Shown: in pieces, positions 58,505 to 64,000 of the stretch | Numbering within the stretch: the first letter of the stretch is position 1 | How the letters are laid out: each line of letters starts with the position of its first letter | Assembly (NCBI GenBank): GCA_963758495.1 | Contig: CAVWVI010000004.1 | Coordinates: 672,001-736,000, forward strand | Origin: Oligoflexia bacterium | GTDB lineage: Bacteria; Bdellovibrionota; UBA1018 | Direction: 5' to 3' | DNA length: 64,000 nt | Program-made: the position numbers and the translations under genes | The notes under the pieces: model-generated | What the model saw: only the letters and a program-made list of their open reading frames with translations | What the model was told of the DNA's origin: nothing | The model's database searches: none

Positions 58505-61057
58505 TCATCTCATTAGAACTTCCCGAGGTCGAGCCCCATCAGCAGGTCCCACGATTCCACGAGTCTCCATAGTTTCGATCATGCGAGCTGCACGATTATA
58601 ACCTATCTTGAGGTGTCTCTGAAGAAAGCTCGCAGAAGCATGGCCTGAGTGTTTGACTAACTGTACCCCTTCTTGAAACAAGTGGTCATCCTCGCTCTCC
58701 ATCTCACTCTGCTCATTTTCATCGTCATCATCTGCTAAGAGAATCTCATCCCTATAAGCTGGCTTACCTTGGGACCTCAAAAAAGTCGTGATCTTATTAA
58801 TTTCTTCATCCTCTAAAAAAGCTCCATGTAAGCGCAAATTTTGTGAGACACCCGGCGGAATGAAAAGCATATCCCCCTGTCCCAAGAGCCGCTCCGCTCC
58901 TGCCCGATCTAAAATCGTTTTAGAATCTACGTAACTTGCCAATTGAAATGATACCCGAGACGGTAAATTCGCTTTGATTAAACCTGTGATGACATCGGTT
59001 GAAGGACGCTGAGTAGCAATAATCAGATGAATCCCAGCCGCCCTCGCCTTTTGGGCAATCCGTGCAATTGAAATTTCCACTTCTTTTTTTGCAATCATCA
59101 TTAAATCTGCAAGCTCATCTATGATTACTACAATGTAAGGTAACTTACTGACTCTAGGGGCTCCTGTATCATCGGGCTCAAAAGCCTCGATCCAATCCCC
59201 CCCACTCGCCACGGAAGAAATTTCGGATTGTACATCCTCAGCATAAAGGAGATCCTTCACAACATCGCTTCCCATTTCTTCAATCTTTTGATTAAAGGTC
59301 GCTAAATTTCTTGCACCCATTTTAGCGAGAATTCGATATCGCCGCTCCATTTCCCGCACAGCCCACTTTAAGGCCGTACTTGCTTGTTTAGGATCATCCA
59401 CCACCGGGAGGAGGAGATGAGGAATATCCTGATACGAACGAAATTCGATAAATTTAGGGTCTACCAAAATCATCCTTAGTTCATCGGGAGTAAATCGATA
59501 GAAAAGCGAGCAAATGAGCCCATTCATAAACACTGATTTTCCTGAGCCCGTTTGTCCCGCACATAATAGGTGTGGCATCCTCGCCAAGTCTGAAAGATAA
59601 GTCTGTCCACCAATATCTTTACCCATCACCACTGGAATGGAATGCTTAGGGCCATAAAAATCAGGATGCTGTAAGAATTCGCGTAAATAAACCATTTCGC
59701 GGGTATCGCTCGGAATCTCAATTCCCACCACCGATTTACCCGGAAGCGGCGCAAGAATTCTTACACTCTGTGCAGAAAGCGCCATAGAAAGATCATCCAC
59801 AAGTGCGGCAATCCGAGAAACCTTCACCCCCGGTCCAGGCTTAAATTCATAAAGTGTAATAACAGGTCCTGGTCGCACAGCCGTAACTTCGCCATCAATC
59901 CCAAAATCTGCAAATTTTTGCTTTAAAATATGAGAATTTGAAATCAAGCGATCGCGATCAATCGCGGACTCAACAGGAGGAGGATTTTTTAGAAACTCTA
60001 CCGTGGGAAGTTGCCACTGCCCACGCTTGGTCTTGGATGGATTTTTCTCCCCTTTACTTAAGGGTTTAGAAGTTGCGTCAACTTGCCTCGGTAAAATTGT
60101 AATTCCTTTTACTTTTTCTGGCGCTTCTTCCGTGAGGCGTTCACGCATTGCACTCAGGTCAATTGCGTCTTCGTCCAAAGCTTCCGTGTCAGAACTCGTG
60201 TTTTCCGTGCTCATGTGTTCTGGGCTCGTGTTTTCTGGCTTCATTTTCGGAATAGAAACAGGCACGGGCACGACTTCTGCCGGAACAAAGGTGGACTTCG
60301 CTAAAACAAGGGCCGCGTCATTTCCTTTGGGTCCTTGAGATCCTTTGAATCCTTTTGATTCCTTTAAGTGTATTTGCATCATCCAATTTTGAGCAGTCTT
60401 CAATAAAGCTTTAGTAACTTTACTCAGAAAACCACCAAACATAGGAAGCCAATGAATAACCAGCACACTCATGCAGTAAAAAGAATAAGTGATTCCAAGT
60501 CGTAATAATCGTCCGATTAAAATTGAAAAAGCTCTGATGAGCTTAGCTCCCCATTGTGCCAAACTGAGAGGCGTAGATATAGCGAGCGATAAGGTAAAAA
60601 TAAGCAGGGTGACTAAAGAAGAGCCCAAGAAATTGAGTTCATGCAAAAGCCCATCTGCTACCCAGGTACCAAAAACGCCCCCCGTCAGCAATACGGACCC
60701 GCCATAGGTCCAGTATTTCCATTGTAGAGCTAGAAATACGGTCAAAGACCCTACGGCAATCGCCATACCGCCGATAGTTCCTAGGATAGAGACGATCCCA
60801 CCTCGCTTATGAATCGTAGCGGCAATAAAGAAAAGAGAAGCGGGGAGTAAAAACCCCCCCATCCCAAAATAATTTAAACCTGCCGAGGCTATATAGGCTC
60901 CTATCCGCCCACAGTAATTATGCGGCAATTGCGTTCCACTGCTAAACAGCGATGAATCCGCGCCATAATAAGTAGTGAGTGAGAAAAGGGTAAAAACCCC
61001 CAAGGTAAAAACGCAAATGCTCCCGACCTCGACAACTATATTTTTTCTATTTACCAT
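58505..61057 (-). CDS. ftsK: DNA translocase FtsK
   Basis: N-terminal TMs; GPVIT, PHLLCAGQTGSGKS, DELADLM and ATQRPS motifs; gamma domain IGYNRAAR. Confidence 0.96.
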   Translation of the reverse strand: MVNRKNIVVEVGSICVFTLGVFTLFSLTTYYGADSSLFSSGTQLPHNYCGRIGAYIASAGLNYFGMGGFLLPASLFFIAATIHKRGGIVSILGTIGGMAIAVGSLTVFLALQWKYWTYGGSVLLTGGVFGTWVADGLLHELNFLGSSLVTLLIFTLSLAISTPLSLAQWGAKLIRAFSILIGRLLRLGITYSFYCMSVLVIHWLPMFGGFLSKVTKALLKTAQNWMMQIHLKESKGFKGSQGPKGNDAALVLAKSTFVPAEVVPVPVSIPKMKPENTSPEHMSTENTSSDTEALDEDAIDLSAMRERLTEEAPEKVKGITILPRQVDATSKPLSKGEKNPSKTKRGQWQLPTVEFLKNPPPVESAIDRDRLISNSHILKQKFADFGIDGEVTAVRPGPVITLYEFKPGPGVKVSRIAALVDDLSMALSAQSVRILAPLPGKSVVGIEIPSDTREMVYLREFLQHPDFYGPKHSIPVVMGKDIGGQTYLSDLARMPHLLCAGQTGSGKSVFMNGLICSLFYRFTPDELRMILVDPKFIEFRSYQDIPHLLLPVVDDPKQASTALKWAVREMERRYRILAKMGARNLATFNQKIEEMGSDVVKDLLYAEDVQSEISSVASGGDWIEAFEPDDTGAPRVSKLPYIVVIIDELADLMMIAKKEVEISIARIAQKARAAGIHLIIATQRPSTDVITGLIKANLPSRVSFQLASYVDSKTILDRAGAERLLGQGDMLFIPPGVSQNLRLHGAFLEDEEINKITTFLRSQGKPAYRDEILLADDDDENEQSEMESEDDHLFQEGVQLVKHSGHASASFLQRHLKIGYNRAARMIETMETRGIVGPADGARPREVLMR

Positions 61058-61080
61058 TTCTCTATGTTACACATTCAAAC

Positions 61081-62016
61081 ATGAGTCAGAAAGTATTGTC
61101 TTATGACTTAGGTGGAACTAAAATTTCGGTCGGCATAGTGAATAGCCGAGGCCGTATTATCGAGGAGCTTCGCACCCCTGCTCTCATTGATCAAGGCAAA
61201 GACGCTGTACTTCAACAGCTGATAGATACCGGTAAACAACTCCTTCGCCGATTCCCAGAAGTTAAAAAGGTCGGCATTGCATCTGCCGGTCCGATTGACC
61301 CCAAAAAAGGAGACTTACTTGATCCGACAAACTTTGCCAACAGCCAAGGAACTTGGGGTAAAGTGCCCATCACCAGAATTTTAAAAAGAGCGTTAAGACG
61401 TCCTGTCTATTTAGAAAATGATGCGGCGGCTGCTATTTTAGCTGAACACTGGATAGGCACTGCAAAAAAATATCAGAACGCCATGATTTTGACGCTTGGA
61501 ACCGGATTGGGAACAGGCATCATTTGTAATGGAAAATTGGTGCGTGCAGGTCGAAATCTCCACACTGAAGCAGGCCACATGATACTTCGATATAATGATC
61601 CATCCGCTCCCTGTGGTTGTGGAAATTTAGGATGTGCTGAGGCCTATCTGTCAGGGCGTAATTTTGGCCGGCGAGCTATGCAAAAATTTGCAAATCCAAA
61701 TCTCACTCCTCTTGATATCGCAGAATTGGCAAGAAAACATGATCCGCGGGCTTTATCGGCATTTGAGGAATATGCGGAAATCATGGCAGTTGCGATTCAT
61801 AATTACTGTCGTATTTATAGTCCTGAAATTATCATTTTCACAGGAAGCTTTGCTGAGTGTGCAGATCTCTTTTTACCCAATACTCTCACGCACCTTGAAA
61901 AACTTCTGATACGCCAAAGAGCCGGGATCGATCTTCTTCCAAAACTAGTCGTTTCTTCATTACATAACGAAGCAGGACTCATTGGAGGTGCCTATGTTGC
62001 ATTTCATAGCCACTGA
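61081..62016 (+). CDS. ROK-family sugar kinase (glucokinase-like)
   Basis: DLGGTK, ENDA, TLGTGLG, EAGH and CGCG..GCAE motifs. Confidence 0.9.
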   Translation: MSQKVLSYDLGGTKISVGIVNSRGRIIEELRTPALIDQGKDAVLQQLIDTGKQLLRRFPEVKKVGIASAGPIDPKKGDLLDPTNFANSQGTWGKVPITRILKRALRRPVYLENDAAAAILAEHWIGTAKKYQNAMILTLGTGLGTGIICNGKLVRAGRNLHTEAGHMILRYNDPSAPCGCGNLGCAEAYLSGRNFGRRAMQKFANPNLTPLDIAELARKHDPRALSAFEEYAEIMAVAIHNYCRIYSPEIIIFTGSFAECADLFLPNTLTHLEKLLIRQRAGIDLLPKLVVSSLHNEAGLIGGAYVAFHSH

Positions 62017-62091
62017 AGTCGAATAAGACCATCGTAGGCACTCATCCTTTCTTCACTGCTTCGTAATTTCTCAAAATTTGTGATCAAGCAT

Positions 62092-62178
62092 TTAAACGAA
62101 CTACCAAAATTGAGTAGTTTAACATCTAAAGTCCACGACTTCCGCTACCTTAAATGACACTTTAAGTATTTTCAAAAA
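62092..62178. repeat. Dispersed intergenic repeat, copy 2 (core at 62116-62146)
   Basis: AGTTTAACATCTAAAGTCCACGACTTCCGCT; matches 19915-19945. Confidence 0.85.
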
Positions 62179-62202
62179 GTCTGCACCCACTGACCTAAAC
62201 TA

Positions 62203-62222
62203 TCCCTTAACCCGAACTGAGG
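62203..62222. repeat. 20-bp dispersed repeat, copy 2
   Basis: TCCCTTAACCCGAACTGAGG; matches 11106-11125. Confidence 0.6.
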
Positions 62223-62225
62223 TCC

Positions 62226-62543
62226 TTAAGCTGTTTTTAAAAGTACAATTGAGCTGAAAACCATGAGTATCCCTGCCCAACCTTTCCAATTGAGTTTTTG
62301 CCCGAAGAGGACTCTTGCGGACATGACTGTTCCAAGGATAGCCATCGCCCCCCAGCTCACGTAAGCTATAGTAAGGTCAATAGACTTTGTTACCTGCGCT
62401 AGCAAAGTGAAGGCAAGACAAACCATCATTAAGGCTGGAATTCCATACTTCTTATGTTTAAAACCATCTGATTTTTCGAGAAGTAAGTTTGCAGCCACAT
62501 CCAAAACCGCTGCAAAGACGATAAAAAGAAAATAAATATTCAT
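62226..62543 (-). CDS. mdtI: SMR-family spermidine export subunit
   Basis: 4 TMs; LDVAANLLLEKSDGF and AYVSWG motifs; paired with the upstream SMR gene. Confidence 0.78.
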   Translation of the reverse strand: MNIYFLFIVFAAVLDVAANLLLEKSDGFKHKKYGIPALMMVCLAFTLLAQVTKSIDLTIAYVSWGAMAILGTVMSARVLFGQKLNWKGWAGILMVFSSIVLLKTA

Positions 62544-62917
62544 ACCTGTGCCACCCTAGCAGCAGTTTTCTCTGCTTTTGAATCAACTGTTTCCTCTTTT
62601 TCACCAAAGCGAAGAAAGATAATTCCCCCTATAGCCAAAGCCAATCCCAAGAGCTTTTGAATGGAAACTCTTTCATTTAGGAAAATCATTGAGATCGATG
62701 AAATCAGCGCGGTTCCAAAGCCTTCCCAAATAGCGATAGCTATTCCAACTGCAATTTTACGGAGAGCAAAAGACAGCAAAGTATAAGACGATGAGATAAA
62801 AACAAACATAAGGGCATACATCCATAAACTGCCCGAGTGACCGGATGCATTCATCGTTAAAGTGCCAGCCACTTCTGTAATAATGGCTAAAATTAAATAT
62901 ATCCATGCGAGACCCAT
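62540..62917 (-). CDS. mdtJ: SMR-family spermidine export subunit
   Basis: WIYLILAIITEVAGT and IAVGIAIAIWEG motifs; longer C-terminal tail. Confidence 0.78.
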   Translation of the reverse strand: MGLAWIYLILAIITEVAGTLTMNASGHSGSLWMYALMFVFISSSYTLLSFALRKIAVGIAIAIWEGFGTALISSISMIFLNERVSIQKLLGLALAIGGIIFLRFGEKEETVDSKAEKTAARVAQV

Positions 62918-63009
62918 GCGAATGTATTCCTTAGTATTTAAAATTCAAAATGACTCCACGAATCATATATTCATTTTAAATTAAAAACAAGAAGCATGGC
63001 CCTTTTGTG

Positions 63010-63522
63010 TCAAAAGGGAAAATTAACGCCAACTGCAACCAAGTCATGACTGATTTCCGCACGGCCCCGAATAAGGTCAGAGAGTCGAAAGAATGCTCCC
63101 ATACCAAACCGAGGGGTCATCTCAAATCGACTGACAGAATTAACACTCATCATATTACCGCCGACCCCACCTAATCCATAAAACGTCCAAGTAGAATCTT
63201 TTATAAAATCCCAACGTAAATGCGCACTATAAGCCGTCGCGGTAACCCCGGATAAGAATACGGGCCCTATAGCACCCTCAATAGATACCAAATTATTAAT
63301 ATCTGGAACGAATCCATGAGGAACAATCTTTCGGCTAAAAGTACCCAGAAGAGCATATCCGGAAGAACCGTCGATGATCCCCAACCCAGTCAGAACTCCT
63401 GCGCTCATCTCGCTTGACTCAGTCTTTCCTTTCCAATCCTCTGCAAAAGCATTTGAAGCAACTGAAATTAAACTGACTAACAAAAGCCCCACCCTACCGA
63501 AAACTTGTCCTAATTTCTTCAT
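63010..63522 (-). CDS. Small outer-membrane beta-barrel protein
   Basis: Signal peptide, alternating amphipathic strands, C-terminal Phe (GVNFPF). Confidence 0.7.
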   Translation of the reverse strand: MKKLGQVFGRVGLLLVSLISVASNAFAEDWKGKTESSEMSAGVLTGLGIIDGSSGYALLGTFSRKIVPHGFVPDINNLVSIEGAIGPVFLSGVTATAYSAHLRWDFIKDSTWTFYGLGGVGGNMMSVNSVSRFEMTPRFGMGAFFRLSDLIRGRAEISHDLVAVGVNFPF

Positions 63523-63531
63523 CTTGCGACC

Positions 63532-64000
63532 TTAACTCAAAGTTCTTAATCGATCGAGTAAGTTTTTTAATATTGAACCCGTCGCTCCCCAAATTCGATG
63601 TTGATCTACTTGATACACATCGATCGGATATTGAATCGATCCCACAGAAATAGATTCACTTCTGTAGGTATCAGAATGAAAGAGGACACGGAGAGGCACC
63701 CATACTGCTTCTGCAATTTCATGGGCATCTAGCTGCAAAGAAATTTCTTCGCGAGAAAGTTTTGATACTCCCACCACCGGATGAATCAAAAATCCTGTTG
63801 CCGTTAATAAAGAGGGTAAGATACCCCTGACGCTTACGCTATCACCTGTAATTCCCACTTCTTCATAAGTTTCTCGGAGAGCGGTCGTAATTGGACTTTC
63901 TAAGTCCTCAGGTTCAACATGACCTCCCGGAAAAGCCATCTGACCTTTATGAGTCACAACATTCTCCGCTCTACGAGTCAATAAAATCCATGGCCCCATC
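63532..64000 (-). CDS. Nudix CoA pyrophosphatase, 5' end outside the window
   Basis: LLTRR, HKGQMAFPGG...TALRETYEEVG and IWGATG motifs. Confidence 0.9.
   Translation of the reverse strand, partial: MGPWILLTRRAENVVTHKGQMAFPGGHVEPEDLESPITTALRETYEEVGITGDSVSVRGILPSLLTATGFLIHPVVGVSKLSREEISLQLDAHEIAEAVWVPLRVLFHSDTYRSESISVGSIQYPIDVYQVDQHRIWGATGSILKNLLDRLRTLS

Noticed and set aside
60194..60236. Short CTCGTGTTTTC repeats in ftsK and 12-bp periodicity in rne
   Set aside because: Coding low-complexity linker repeats, explained by the protein sequence.
885..61909. Numerous 60-150 aa ORFs nested in or antisense to confident genes
   Set aside because: Shadow ORFs with no motifs or translation signals.
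1..64000. tRNA, rRNA, tmRNA, prophage or integrase genes
   Set aside because: No cloverleaf/T-loop signatures, rRNA-like stretches or phage hallmark proteins were recognised by eye.

Overview
Bacterial chromosomal window of moderate-to-low GC. Gene content (DUF507, PHA-system protein, ResB/ResC, MltD, Rsm22-like methyltransferase) suggests a deltaproteobacteria-like, possibly Bdellovibrionota, host; this is inference only. Most of it is housekeeping: tal, prmA, a very long RNase E/G, deoC-deoB-pdp-punA-cdd, rplU-rpmA-obg-nadD-rsfS-rlmH, gpmI-pfkA, lysC, murJ, a UvrD/PcrA helicase, cytochrome c biogenesis system II, rlmL, bcp, rlmI, NFACT, cca, ftsK and a ROK kinase. Small accessory inserts are a secreted PLD, a hipA-HTH pair after rlmH, a frameshifted secreted protein, an AAA/DUF4143 ATPase and mdtJI. 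The most interesting part is a ~6.9 kb island (37.44-44.35 kb). It holds two Sec-signal/Hint-domain polymorphic-toxin-like genes (one ending in non-canonical His-Asp/Cys, one broken but followed by a candidate toxin tip and immunity gene), a 5'-truncated IS110-family recombinase whose downstream non-coding region folds like a two-loop bridge RNA, a degenerate 190-bp inverted copy of a neighbouring gene, a small three-way-junction element, and an AbiGi-like gene coupled to an unrecognised partner. Also notable are a catalytically degenerate biotin-carboxylase homologue, a His-less Hpt-like protein, and a ~87-bp dispersed intergenic repeat beside two accessory cassettes. No tRNA, rRNA or CRISPR array was seen. 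All family calls are by-eye motif recognition, not database results.
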